From Phoronis australis (lineage: Eukaryota; Animalia; Phoronida): a DNA stretch of 64,000 bases. The stretch covers positions 113,442-177,441 of the forward strand of contig NMRA01000660.1 of the NCBI GenBank assembly GCA_002633005.1, read 5' to 3'. Under the pieces are notes generated by a model, which did no database searches, was not told where the DNA came from, and worked only from the letters and a program-made list of their open reading frames with translations. This document shows positions 40,055 through 54,339 of the stretch, in pieces (position 1 is the first letter of the stretch; each line of letters opens with the position of its first letter). The translations under genes and the position numbers were made by a program.

Positions 40055-41437
40055 CCACCGTAACTGTATTCAACATTAAACAAAGTGCTAAATGTCTTCT
40101 AATTTTCGAAATGGGTACACTGCAGGGTAAGTTAATGACAATTTAGTGCACAACATAACACTGTGACGTCTTCCGACTTGTGAGTTTGATGGCCCTCAGG
40201 ATATGGGGCGAACTGATAAAATTCATGAGGTTATCAGCTGTGACGCTGTGTCCCACCACTGGTTGATACCGTAAATTGTGAGCATTTATTGAAAATAAAT
40301 TTATAAATTCACTTCTTTAAATTGAGCCCAAACGCTGAATATTTTAATAAAGTTTAATTGCGCTCTAGTAATTGGGTTGCTTCAGCCATAACTTAATCCA
40401 TGACGTAACGTGATAAGCCAATTCAGGGAAACTGCATTGATTTTGGATATAGAACAACATGATTTATTTCGATCGTTCATCATTTCTTTTAGAATGTCGC
40501 GGTTTGGCAAACCGGTAACGTCTATTGCAAGATTTGTCTAGTAGTTTTAGGTTTTTGAGTTCTTTAACAAATCAGACGTCTTAGCTCTTCACAACAAAAC
40601 TATTCAAAACAATTCAATTGGTGTGGAAGATATTTAACGGTGTCTCCATTCTTATCAGTTCAATTAACCCTATACCTGTAACGCCCCGTCTCGTTTCTAA
40701 TCGTTGCAATTGGCTTAATGCCCAACTTAGGAAACCTGAGTGATTTGAGTGCTTTATTTCACTACTTTGGTGCCATGAAAATTCTTAACTTTTCTCACAA
40801 AGGACTCTTGGCCTTGGTTTTAACAAATTTACCATTTCATGCCACAATCCCTGTGTGTTCGCTGTCAGCGATACCACAGGATACATGTAGTTATACTGTA
40901 ACGGTAAATCAACCTTGGTAAGACTTAACGTACAGCGTAATGAACCGCTGTCCATTAGGCGTTTGCTTCCTGTGCTTTGTGGTTTCCTGTGGGAACTTGT
41001 GAATTGTAGGTCATTGACAAATACAGAACGCGAGGATCAACATTTCACCGAAACAAATTAACTTACACTATGAAGGTACACAGGTTTAGTGGTTTCTGAA
41101 AAAACTGTACTACGGTCAGTAGTTTTAAGCAAATGTCGGATTCTTTGATTGTGTAGTTTGGAGAAAATTTTTTATAATAATTTGAATGGACACAAAAATC
41201 GCCTTATTTGGGAGCAAAGATAGCAAAATAACCTTTGCGAGTCTCACGTGCCAAGTTTAACATCGAATTTTATACGTTTGTCTGCGTCAAGAAACACGAA
41301 AGCACGCTAGAATTGTCACTACAGGTTGGTCATTATTTCAAGTTCACATCAAACACGTCTGATGCCCCGACACGTACAACATTCACTTGAAACTTTCGGA
41401 AATGCATACGCACTTTCTAATGTTCATTATCCCTTAA

Positions 41438-43391
41438 GGTAGGTGTATACACTGATCAAATCTCCATGTTCCTAACTAAAATGAGTAAAAAGGAAGTTTT
41501 AACTAGTTAGATATGACTCTGAAAGTGACAAAAATCGAAAAAAAAGTTTGTTTTGTAGTTCGTTTTTTTAAAAAATCGTATTTTTTAATTTTCAAAAAAT
41601 CCAATTTCACCTCGATTTTTTTTTCAAAATGCACAGGGATCATCATCAACTGTTTCCTTACGCAATATTCTACTTATCCATACCAAATATATGTACAAAA
41701 TCGTTATGATCTTGATTTTGTGGCATTTTTTGTGTGTGAGTTGGGGCAAGCACGCCACTTTTTGTCATTTGGTCACTTTCCGTCTAATAACTAAAAATCT
41801 GGTCCATTTATCAAAAAACCCTGGCACGCGATTTTACTTCAGTCCAAGAGGATTTCAAATTTGCAACTTTCGTTAAAATTGACCCACGTGTTGTGGAAAA
41901 ATAGGCCCGAGAATCGTGTCACTATCCTGAAATCACGAGCCGAGAAAAACGGCTTTGAAGTTAAGCGGTCATCGATTGCCACTTGAGATCAAATTTCGTT
42001 CAGAATGCGTGGTCATTATGTTCCAATTTTTGTTGAAGTACTAGAAATAAAGCTGATATTTACTTCATATTTAGAAAATGTGACATACCTGTTTGTTTAC
42101 AGCGTAATTTTAATCATTTTTTCGAACTTGTGATGCACGACAGACGACCAAAACAAATATGGCTGTCACGTGGGCGGAGCTTAGCGTTGATCTATTGTCT
42201 GCTGTACTGGTGTGCCGACCACCATGTGTTGATTGTTTATACGATTCATCTGAACTCTCCACTCAGTTTGTAAAAGACTCTCTAACTATATTACACAGAC
42301 CTATTTGTTAGTATTCCAATATTATCATCAACCAATATATGTGTTATATCAAATCGCCGCGTTACTGCCTACATAACAATATTGGCGACGAGGATAAAGA
42401 ACTACTTTCATAGTAATGGTTCAACATTTTTACGTGCCTGTACCGAATGGACTTTGGGATAAGAAAATATCACTTTCTGCGCAAATAGCGCCGCTTGGGT
42501 GAGATTCTCAAGTTACTAAAGTTTCTTATATTGCTTTCCTCTAAAATCGTATAATATCATGAGTTTTAATTCAGGGTTACGTTTGAATCTATGCACTAGA
42601 AAATTTTTTGTTATGTTGAACACTGGGTCATTTCTCTAATTCTTTGGGTTACGGCCAGTGGCAAGTTAAAAATCCTCTGGGTTTGACAGCCTAGTTTCTC
42701 CACGGCGCGTTCCCAGCACAGAAGCACGGTTTATCTGCGAAGACTCTACTCTGACGGCATGTAGTTGTCCATGTGTCGCGCGCGCGGCTTGTCTTCACAG
42801 CGCGTGTATGCACTCTCACCGAATCGTGCAACACCACCCACGTCGACACTCAGCGTCCTCTCGCAAGACAACTGACCTTATATTACCGACTTCTCTTATA
42901 CATGCACAATTTCTGCACGGACTCCTCAAGCTGAGTGCAGTGATGGCTTCGGTAGGGCTTGGCGTACTCAACTTAATTTTTTTGCAGATAGACAAACAGG
43001 CTCAGGCTCGGAACAGGAGCTAGTTCACCATTTCACTACCAAATTTCACATGGTCAAAAATAGAATTGTTTTATTCTTGGTCTTGCTACAACACCAATAT
43101 CAGCTGGTACATCACTCTCGATTGCCCCGTTACGCAATGCTTGTTGACAGGGTTAGATTAGAGCTAGTGTCCTTGTATATAAGCTCCGCCCCAGTTGTCA
43201 ATCACTGAGCTGGTGAGCACTCAAGCCATGTGACTTACTGAGGTTTGGTCAAATATAGCTAAAAAAACAACTTTGGATTTTCAGAATGATTTTATTTTTC
43301 TTCAGTATACTGTGCATCAAGAATTAAAGATCAGGATGATATAAAAATGTAAAAAACAGTCAAAATTAATTTTTTTGTGTATCCACCTACC
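41438..43391 (-). mobile_element. Kolobok-type element with transposase remnant
   Basis: TTAA TSDs; TIRs GGTAGGTGTATACAC / GTGTATCCACCTACC; minus-strand 42640-42960 gives LREDAECRRGW...INRASVLGTR...FNLP, like the Kolobok/Mutator-like transposase N-terminal domain, with stops. Confidence 0.85.
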
Positions 43392-43607
43392 TTAACATAT
43401 AGTTTTATTAGCAGAGATATATGGTTTTGACCGACGCAATTATATTCCTCGTGAAAGTGCATTTTACTTACGAAACATTAATTGAGCATTTAGTGCTGCT
43501 AAAATTAAGGATAATGTTACCTTAGGCGAAGACCGTTTTGGCCAATATGTAATGGTCAATTTCATGAAAATCAAGATTACAGTTCGTTAAACCGGAAGTG
43601 TAACACA

Positions 43608-43776
43608 ATGAGCATATTGCCCAGTGTGAACAGAACAGTTGTGTTAGTTTTATTATTGATCCTGGTATCACTGATAAAATTAAATGATACCGGGGCTGAA
43701 ATAGAAAGTCGGCCGGCGTCTCAGCCATTGAGCAAAGACATCAGAACGGAAAATCAAGTGAGTACAGCTTTCTTTG
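43608..43776 (+). CDS. Candidate signal-peptide exon (MSILPSVNRTVVLVLLLILVSLIKLNDTGAE...)
   Basis: ATG just after ACCGGAAGTG (ETS-type motif); hydrophobic core; phase 1 gtaagt donor. Confidence 0.4.
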
Positions 43777-44728
43777 GTAAGTCAACATATTTGGAAAATC
43801 TGGGTTGAGAAATTGCTATTTCTCTTAATACCGCACCATGCAAATAGACTAAAATGTTCAAATTACCTCATGTAGTAAATAAAGTGAGCCCAACGGAACA
43901 ACACGCCTTCAAACAAGGTGACACGACATTGCACGCTGCGTGAAGTCGGTTACAAATGTCATGTTTCTACTTGTTGAGTTATGGGATAATAAAAAAAAAA
44001 CAATCCTACTATACGTCCTGGTGCTAATGAACAAACTGACATCCTTTTATCATTCCTCGTCGTTAACTGGTGAACCCTAGTGTTCGAGATTCCAAATTTT
44101 CTTGTCTCCAAATCCATATCCTGTGGACTCCTTTACTCCAATATGATGTTTAAAAATAAATAAAGTCCACAAGTATGAGCTTGGGTTTTGCCCTTTTGTT
44201 TTCAAAATGTGGTACTAAACCATAATAACAAAAATAGTGACTTTCCGAATTTGTGTTAAAATATAAAAATGCCAAATATTCTGGCCCTTGGTTGAATCTT
44301 TGGGTGATAGTCCATCGCGGTTTTCACTTGACAACTCGAGCATTAAGCGAAAAGTTCGAGTTTCAACTCCAAATGTCCTGCTCTGGACTCCACTGAAACC
44401 TACATTTAGAACTGTGATCCGACTTTCGACCCTTTTTGGTTGTCGCATACTTCTTTTTAAGTAACCCCTTCAACAACTTTACTAAAATTCCGAAGTTTTC
44501 ACGAACTTCCGAGGTTTAATCCGGATCTGTAACTTGAATCTAGGTTCCACCAATTTTAACTTGGACAAGACCGCAGGCCTCATGGGCTTGAAACATAACC
44601 GTGAGCACAAAAATAGTTGCATATTTCAAATTGGTATTGAAAGACAAGGGAAAGCGTAAAGAATACATTGAAGCTGGAATTGGAGGTTTGAAATTTGACT
44701 CTAGACTCAAGGAATTCGAGATGGGAGA

Positions 44729-44885
44729 CCGGGCGTGCGATCACTAGACGCTAGGACCTACGCTAGGACCTAGCTAAAACCTAGTTATAGTCACGTGTTC
44801 TTATTTACAATGCACTGCATTATCTCACGTAATCTCACGAAATCTTGCTTTTTAGCGAGGTCCTAGCGTTACTGAACGGGAGGCG
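44729..44885 (-). mobile_element. Second copy of the 160-bp element
   Basis: Reverse complement of 11010-11168. Confidence 0.7.
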
Positions 44886-45899
44886 GATTTCGAGGCTAAC
44901 TGTGTTGATGCGTTGAGACGTCTGGCGCCATCTGTTGGATCCGTGATAGATTGCTAGATCATGTGACTCGTCTTCTGGCGATATCCGATTATCTTACTGT
45001 TGTGAGGGCATGTAGAAGGAAATGTTTACCGCACTGAGTGATAGCAAAAGACGTCAACTAATGATACCAGTGATACTGGTGCTCAACACATAATGCCTTT
45101 TCGACTTTGTCATGACCTAGAGAAAAGTTTATCGACCAGGGATATTCTGTGTCCTGCCTGTATCAAGTGATTTCATCAGGAGCGTGATACATTACATGCA
45201 CACTTTGTAGTTTCACCGATGTTCTGCTCAACACAACATTATTATGGTCTCATCGCAACAATCACAATTGTATAAGGGTGTAGGAAAGCACAAAGATTCA
45301 TTGTAATGTGTAACTTTTTTCAAATGTGTTAAAAGCAGGCCATTGTAATGTTGTGGCGGGACGTGTAAAGGTCCAAACTGTGGGACGGTCCACCAAAAAT
45401 ATTACGACTTTAAACCAAGTACTGTAGATAATACGCTTTTGTGCTAGTGTGAATTAGTTTGATAAAATAGATTCTAATCAAAATAGTTGAATTCCTCCTC
45501 TAAAAAGTTCAGTAGACTTATGAAAATAGCTTGGCACCTTTCTGCTTGATGTCTTCTTTCCGATGTCAGAATATTTGAAAATATTTCAAGTTTCGGCAGC
45601 AGCAAACGTGGGGTCTGCTGCTCTTAGTATGAGCGGGGTGTGCTGGCGTGCTGGCCTTGGCGGATATATCAACAAACATACAAGACAGTGTACTAGTACA
45701 TGTATACATGTATACCTCTGAAAAGGGAAGAGAGTGTTATGGAGTGATGAAATATCCTTACATTGCTATTGGGTTATGCATTTGTGACCATCTATTTGTA
45801 AATTTTCTGTTTGTAAATTTTTTGAATAAATGTATTTTTACATGAGTTACATAGTTCAATTTTTTTTGTCAATATAATTAAATTTGGAGGTTACCATTG

Positions 45900-46330
45900 A
45901 GACGTTGATTTTATAAATGGAACTTGCAAAGACACAAGATTAGATTTTAAGTTAGTTGGATTTTAAATCTGTTTCCAAAGAAAACAGTAAGTATTTTTTA
46001 TACACAAGGGAATTACGTTTTTTTCTAACACAATCTTCGTCATTGTTAAAATTTTTTGGAACAATGCCAGTATAAGTGAAGCAAAGTCTCAGGTTCACAC
46101 TTATGAAACGTACACAAGGGGGAGTCACTAACCCCCAATTTAACAAGATATGAGTTCCACTGATTATCCTAGGTGGTAGTCTAAATTGAAACCATCGAAG
46201 ATCGAAGTTTAACATCAAGTGTAAAGTTCACAAAGTAGGCATTTTCCACCATTCAATAGTGTCTGGCATAGCAAGTTCTGCCTGCCACCTAATCTCAGTC
46301 CTAGGCCTAGAATGTATGAGTAGTACAAAA
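45900..46330 (-). mobile_element. L1/Tx1 LINE ORF2 C-terminal fragment
   Basis: LRWFQFRL..RII...GVSDSPLCTF...ETLLHLYWHC zinc-finger region, frameshifted. Confidence 0.8.
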
Positions 46331-47413
46331 ATGTTGTGTTATATGTTTCTTGCCCTTTTCGTCTGCAAGCAATAAGTTCACAAAAATTGGGATACAGCGT
46401 GCATAGAAGGAAAATTCTCTATTTTTGAGATTTTTCATTTCAAAGTTGCCCTGCACCCATGTAGAAAGACTTTGCCATTTTGAGATTTGAAAGCACGGGC
46501 GTGATTGTACTATATGAACTGATTATAAGCATGCGTAGATTAGGCAAGAACATGCGTTGATTATGAAAAAGTACGCAGTGATTATGAGCAGAAAGATAAT
46601 CGTTTAAGAACTAAAAGAATACATAGACTATGCAAATTTGCGCGAAGATTAAGCACGTTTTTAAGCGCAGAAAGCTAATAGCATCACGCTCAGGTGCGCA
46701 GACTCGCTCAATCTCTAACCGATACACTCTCTTTGGTAACCAGAAATGTTATCACAGACAACAGCCCTAAATTTGAATCGTTTGTCAACAGAAAAATATT
46801 AAAGCTATGCATCCATGCTTTTCCTTTTTTTCAGTCAGTGCCGGTCTCCTCAGTTTTGTTCGAAATTCGCGCATTTTCGCTTTCTGTTGAGACCTTGGCC
46901 ACAGTATTTTCTCAACCAAATTTGATTTATGAGTTACAAGCTACCAACGATGATGACTAAAAGATTACTAACTCACGAACTGTCACAAAATCTACAGACA
47001 TTGTACGACGTAACCATTAATAGCAGTAACTGCTAGAGATAAACGAAACGCGTTTATCTGGAAATCCAGCCCACCAATACTCAGAAGAGATTGGACTTGC
47101 CAAGCACATTAGGAACTAATCAAAGTTTACTGGTCCGAGGAAGTTTATATGTGTTCATAAGTGAGTAAGCAGTGCATCATTCATATATCAATCAGTGCCA
47201 ATTGATACGCGCGTAAAGTTGTTTCATTTTGTCACGGTTCAGTCAAGTATCACTGAAGTAGTATTTTGTTCCCGTGTCTTGCTCAAGTGTTTCTCTTTTC
47301 TGCGGTTGCGACTAAATGCAGACCCAGGCGTAGCGTTACGTACAGGTGCGTGGGACCAAACACACAGATTCATGTACAATGCAAACTACATTTGAAAACA
47401 TTGAAAACATCAA

Positions 47414-47645
47414 TCAAGGCTTGGAATTTTCCGCGGAAACGCGGATTTCCGTTTTTTTCTTTTAGCCCCTCCGCGTATTTTCGTTATACTTCCGCGGAAA
47501 AAAATCGGATTTGCCATGAAACTATCGTGGCAAATTGGTTTCTCACCACAGCGTTGCCGCCGGCTCGAAAAGCGGAAACTGTTCTTTAAGTTTCGGAGGA
47601 ACGGAAATTGTAATTGCGGATCACAGGCGCTCGAATTCCTTGATG
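47414..47645. mobile_element. MITE-like element rich in GCGGA/TCCGC repeats
   Basis: CAAGGCTTGGAATT start, multiple CGCGGA motifs, GAATTCCTTG end. Confidence 0.5.
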
Positions 47646-50600
47646 ACTCGTAACCATATACAAGAAACATGCTTTCTTAGTAGTGAGTGACGTCAGAGGC
47701 ATTCGAGGAACAGATAAATTCAAGCACCTGTGCCTTTGATAGCGTGATTCATCAATGGCGTCTGCATTTGGTATAAAATAGCGGCGACAAATAGTGCGAT
47801 TCTGCTGTCAAAAATGCGTGGAGCGTGGAGTAGACAGAGTATTTCGTGGAAAAGTCAATGTCTTCAAAAACAACATAAGTCAGGGTTTGTGCTCTGTAAA
47901 CTTTGAGAAAGAAACAATTACCGAGTGCGTGGGCGAGTCGCCTCTGACTAAGTTGGAGTCGGAGGATCGACTGAAAACGATGAAACACCAGAAATAACAA
48001 CGCTCCCTGAAAGGAAATTCATCCTTAACGGGTTATTCGTTGGATTGGATTCGTAGGATGTGAGTGATGTAAGAAATTCGTTCGTTTGATCCCGCATGCA
48101 CGCCTGTTGCCGTTGGCTCCTGAGCCCTAACTAAGGCCTGACCGCTTTGAGTGCAATTTTCTACGTGCCGCCGAAACGGGATGCAAAGTGCAATTTTCGT
48201 TACTGCAAATGCGTTTAATATGTATTTCAATTTATCTTGACAATTTTTGTGTTCTATTTTGTGACGCGAGTTTTGCAATTTAAATAAATTTTATACGACA
48301 ACTTAAGAAAATTAACGACAATGTTGCTGATATTTTAGCATTGCTTTGCCGGGGTCATTTTTCTTAGTTATATTCCAGAACAAGCGTGTAGCAACAAAAT
48401 TTTAAGGCGCCTTTAGGATCTTTGTCATTTAAAGAACAGACAAAATGTTGCAGTTTATTACCCTTCATCTACAACATCTTCTTGTGGACATTGATGCACT
48501 AAACGTAAACACTCTCGCTAAAAGTACAAGTGCTACGTTTAACTATATCTTACGACTTGAACGTTTTGGAAGAACATATTCTGATGTCGATAAAATCCTA
48601 CCAATAGACGTCTGACATGGAGTTTTTATTCAATTGCCCAGAGGCCACCGGTCCATGTACCAATACCATGGCACGCACGGCACTACATGAATTCGCAAAA
48701 ATCACGCGTTTTTGGAGCATAGAAACGAAATTACAGACTTTTTACGTCACTTGTAGTCATGAGCATATTGGATATAATGGGACGATAATATCATTTTCGG
48801 CAGAAATACTGTACATAACCCAACACTGTAGCAAAACGTCAGAAAGACATACACGCTTTTCGTTTGCATTTCAGGTTCAATTTTGTGTCAACCGTTAAAC
48901 AGCGACGCAACAGGGCAATGCAGTGACCACTTCTACGCAGGCAATTACATAGACCATAATCAGCCGTGAGTGTAATTATCTTCCACCCTCAAGCTTCAAA
49001 TTGTTGTCAACAGCCTTTATTCGTCCTGAAACAAGTATTTAACGTAGTATTGGTTTCTCTCACTTTCATCCCTATAGTTTGAAAAAATGCAAAGCTGAAA
49101 ATGTAAGGTAATCTTAGCTAGAAATGAATGTTACAACTTTGAACAAGCATTTCTCTTAAAAGTCAAATGTATTTAGGTTTAAACGCTAGAAGTTATCGGC
49201 TTTGTTTTCCGATCGTCGTATGGATGACATCAGTTTTAATTTTCAAATTAAATGTCAGGTGATTAATGGTAGTTCATCCGTCCAGGGAGCCCCGTTGACT
49301 GACACAAAACGTTTGCAGGTTGAGCAAAATAAGATAGCTGAGCTCTCACATACGGAAAGCAATTTACAAAATGCTCCCTTCACTATTAGATGGTGAAATG
49401 TGCGGTACAGCTGCAGACTGAAGAAAGGGTGGCAACCACTGATGAAATCGTTTCTTGCATTTTGTACAGTCAGGCGTGTTATTACCCGTCGTTGCACTTA
49501 TCTAGTATACATATTCGACAATCACCGCAGCAAATAGCATTGCATAAGTAAAACACGTGAAGCTTATAATATTTGTGTCGCATGCTAAACATTTAAGCAT
49601 CATTTTATACGCCGAACCTATATTAACCCTGCACACCATGCTAATATTGTTTAATTTGATATGGTATTCTAAGTATGTCTTCTTAAATTTGTATATTTTT
49701 AATTAAGAAAAAAACAACGCAGCTTCACTCACCAGAGACTACGGTGCGGGAGGCCGACTCGAGTTCGTACGCCTCAACCACCCAAAGTATGCCAATATGC
49801 GAGGTTTAACTCATTACCTGTTTAACATATGGACTGAGTGGCATTTTCACCTCCATCTCCATACCTGTCATAATATTACTCGCCAATTTAACTCTCTTAG
49901 TCTTCGTAACTCACAAAATCACTACTTTCCTCCATTGCATATATACTGTCAACTGATCGAAGTCTTCCACTCATGACATCACGTCGCGGGAAACCAGAAA
50001 ATCATCAAATTTTCGTTAATGTAAAGGAATTCTCTACTATGTCTAAAAATATATGCTTGTTTAGTAATTTTTTGTGTTATAAAGTTATAATACATGGTCT
50101 AAAACCTCTAAAACTGCAAACATCCATTTTGGAAGACTTTTTAAAATATCCCAGCCAGTAATTGTTTCATATAACCTTGCCAGAATCGTAGTATATAAAA
50201 TGGTCACTTACTTACAGACGTGGTTGAAATTAATTAGCAGACCTTACGACCTGGTCCGCCAGGTCTTTGTTGATGAATGAGGGATTTCCCGCCTTTGCTT
50301 GTTAAGAATGCTGGAGTACATGGGGGGTAAGTGGAGTCCCCTGTCCCGGTTCAAGAGGGGGCGCTGAGTAAGCGACAATTTTATATACTAAAATGTCTCT
50401 AGAGACCAATGACGAACTATTCTCCAGACTTGCAAAAATCGTTTTGGTTAGCGTATATGTACTTCACGGGTAGGTGAAACAGTTTGCTATTGAACCTTAG
50501 TATCACAACATATGTGTTCAACGGTATCCAAAAATGCTAGTGTCCCTTGTAGAAATATCTGTGATTAACTGACTACTCCAAAAGGTCCATCAATACATTT

Positions 50601-52440
50601 ATATTACGTTGGCATGACCAAGCAGTGTCGGATTCAAAAGGTATCTCACGGGGAGAAAATCTAGTAGCTAAAACTGCGTTCTCTCTTTGTAAATACGCGA
50701 ATATATCCTGCAGAATCTCGGGAGGTATGGCTTTTCTAGCGAGGTAATATCGTTACTCATGTCCAGTGAGGCTTTATTCCCGCGATACAGCTTCCTGTCA
50801 ATGACTTTACGTCTTTCGACGGCCCTCATGTAGTTTGTTAAAGGTAGTGGCATTTGCCCATGTATGTCCTAAATGTGAGCACAATAGTGCAGTGAAAACA
50901 ACTTTAAAAAAACATTCTTACGCTCAAAATAAGCTTTATAAACTTCTTGATGAACGGCATTGATTATATCTGACGCGTTATTGTTTTCCCAGCGATCAGA
51001 CAGTGCATGATGCTGTCATGAAACTCTATTTCCCCCAAAGAGAAAATGGATGTCCAATCTCAGAGCAAATCACGTAGATTAACGTACATGAACGTGATGG
51101 CTTGATCCGTCAACGTTATCGCACTTGGACTAGTACTTTCACTTATTTATATCGAGTGTCTTCGGTTTTAGGTATATGTGCCCAAAGGACGAGTGCTCCA
51201 CAAGCACAGTGTTTGGGACTGGGACGTATTCTTATGTAAGTGAAGACTTTTGTAAAGCTACTGTTTGCCCAGTCTATCTTAAGTTGTAGAATTCGAAATG
51301 ATAGGAGTAGTAGAAGATGTTGCAATTAAACATGTACATGTAGTGGTGGTGCTGCTGTCAGCAATAGAAATATTAGAATTAGTACTTCACAATCACAAAA
51401 CAAAATGTCTCGATCACTTGTGTCGTTTATAAACCTTAGCATGCTGATTCGATTGGGACTGAGTGAACACTACGCGCTGCTTGGCTTTTATGAATTTATA
51501 ATGTCTGACAAGATGGCTGCCGCGTACGATGAGATTCCATATTGCATGCTGAATTTTCATCTAAATACAGTCGAAAGTGGTGTTGGTATGGATTTGTATG
51601 TTCCGAATGCCAATGATACAGTCTTGCCATTGTTTTGGACATTACAATTAGGTTGTAAGAGAAATCTGAGAAAAAACATATATCGCGACAAGTGACCTCA
51701 GCCTGGAACACCGTGGCAAGATTGCCTAGAGACACACAACTTCTGTATCTGAAATAGGAAACCTTGGAAAAGAGAAGCCAGCACCTCCCTCGTCGTTTTC
51801 CAGTTTAGAGCTATCCACCTGATTCTTGTGTTCTTTGGTAGGCCATTCATAACACATTTCCGCGAAAGCATTGTTTGTATGATATGAAGCTGTTATGTGG
51901 ACATCACAAGACAAGTTTCACTGTTGCCCAGCTTTGGCCATTGACTTGTTGCACACACAATTCCTCTGCCTTTTGTTGCACAGAATCAGGAATGTTAGTT
52001 TTCACCCACTGACCATTATATCTGAGACGAAGAGCTGTACATGCAGCTTCACCCTAATGGCATATGTACAGTGATGGTAGACCGATTAGGTGTCCTAAGG
52101 CTGCGGAAGCCATCCTTGGAAAAGCAGAGGTAATTCACAATCAAGCTTAACGTTGCAGCTGATCGAGTTTGTGGATAATTGCACTCTGTTTTAACGCCGT
52201 TAACCATACTGACTCAGCATATGACATTATACGTCGGATAACAGCAGTATACATGTAAATCCAAAACATACTCTTGGGAGAAATTTCCAAGTTTTATCCA
52301 TTGCATGACTGCATCTCACCAGCTCAGTTTTGGCTTCGAGTTTTTTGTGCAAGATGATTCTCTAAATAAAATAATAGTCGGATAAGTCGCGTTGTCTACA
52401 AAATCAAGATTGAGCGATAAATGTTGCATTGACCATTTAA

Positions 52441-54118
52441 AGGAGAATGCCACCCGATTTAATTAGTCTTTTTTGCCGTCTTAATCGGTCTATATCCACT
52501 TCGCCTAGAATACGGTCGACCTTACCTTGCCAAGAGGTGTCGCGTTAACCTGTGAGGAAGGTGAGAAACGACGCTAGCGACTTCAGTGGTTCATATGCAG
52601 AGTGAATGCCGCTACGTTGCGGTGCATCGTTCCCGCTTGTCCGAACTAAGCAGCTGCGAGGAAAGCGGGTACATCATTTTTTTTTACTTCCTCGAGAGTC
52701 CGAAATGCTTAGGAAGTGGCTCATGGTAGTCAATAATCATATGTACCCTGTAAATAGCAAGTATGAGGCTGTGAAACATCTCCGTGTCTGTGGCCTGCAG
52801 ACGTCGTCGACAGTGCCTGACGAATGCTGGCTTACCAAATAACTCCATACGTTCCGTTGTCTGAGCTTGTTCACTGCGCCTCTCTAGTATTTCTTCATCA
52901 CTGTATTACTGTTCGAATTGATGGCCTGTGGAACTTAACGATCCACCTGCGAAGTCGGGATTGATGAGCTCTAGCTCGTCCTTAGTCGGAATTGCGAGTT
53001 GCCATATTGGCGTTTATTACTGACCGTTCTGTTTCAAAATGATATATTCTCACCCTAACCAATACTTATATAAAACTCTGTCTCATTAGATGCAATTTGT
53101 AATGCATTTGGAATGTTCGTGAGTGCAAATGATTTGAGAAGCCAGCATTGAATAAATCACTGCGTTACCGGCTTTAGGTGCTGGCAATAAAACTAAGTGA
53201 CGGGACACCGAGGACGTGTGAGCTCATGCTAATTTAGTGTTTGGTGGCAGAAAATGTTGTGAAACAACTCGATTTCGATCCCGCGGTCAGGTGTTAGGGG
53301 AATCTTTATTTACATTTACATTTACATTACTCAAATAATGATTGTCAAAGTACAATTTCTGCCCTGACGGTGCTGTGGCCAAAGCGGAACCTAAATTCGC
53401 GGCCCCCGACGAGTAAGTAGATTTCCAGTGTCGTGGCTAATTCACCAACATAATCAGGTGCACATTACTTTGGCTTACTAGTATAGTATTTTCTTGACTG
53501 GAAGTTAAGTTTCCACTGAACTTTGGCTGGTTTTTGTTCGTGATGTCTGTTCAGTTTCCGAACCACTGGCCAGGATAACGAGTCAATCCGGCCGGACGCG
53601 ACGGGCCAGATCGGGCTCCGAGCCACTGGCCAGGATAACAAGCGTTTTGTGTTTAGAACTCAAAAATCACAGATCTAGGTTCTCCTGTCTGTATCTCACG
53701 GAAAATACTTCGAAATTATCTCCGAACAGACCCCAAACTCCTGCTACGGACCTTATTGGCCTGCCGAACTTTGTAGGCTACGGTGTGTCCAAATGCCAAT
53801 AAATCCGTAAGAGCGAAATAAAACAACACGTTTTTATAAGAAATCGGTGTATTTTTGAGGATTTTATATCGAAGTTTGATGATTTATTGGTGTTAAACGA
53901 TGACTTCAAGCGATGAGATGACACCACTAACCCGTGTTGTGAACTGCTGAACAGACGGCGTGTGAAACCGATGACGTCATTGGATAATTTCAACACCTCC
54001 ATCTGCCGTCAGGTGTCACGTAACGCAGCCGTACGTGTCGTTATGGCGTTATGGAGTAGGACTACTCGATCTAAATTGGTACAAATTTGGTTGTTTTTTG
54101 GTTGGCATGCATGCTCCT
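52441..54118 (+). mobile_element. Kolobok-type DNA transposon derivative with THAP remnant
   Basis: TTAA on both sides; TIRs AGGAGAATGCCACCC / GGTTGGCATGCATGCTCCT. Confidence 0.85.
52606..52842 (+). pseudogene. Degenerate THAP zinc-finger ORF of the transposon
   Basis: MPxRC...FFxLP...RKWL...LRVC pattern; second Cys and HF motif lost. Confidence 0.7.
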
Positions 54119-54339
54119 TTAAGCTTCGATGTGAACATAACACCTTTGTTTTGCTACCACTAATTTCTAAGCCAACTGACTTACCCATGTGACTGGTGCA
54201 TTCAGTGAACTTTGAGCAATAAAACGACATGTGACGTGATCGTTGGTGGACACACTAAGAACAATATCAACTTCATATCAACTTTAACGTCAAGCTTGTA
54301 CCAATTCCAGCCGATAATTGTAGAAGTAGATCATCCAGA

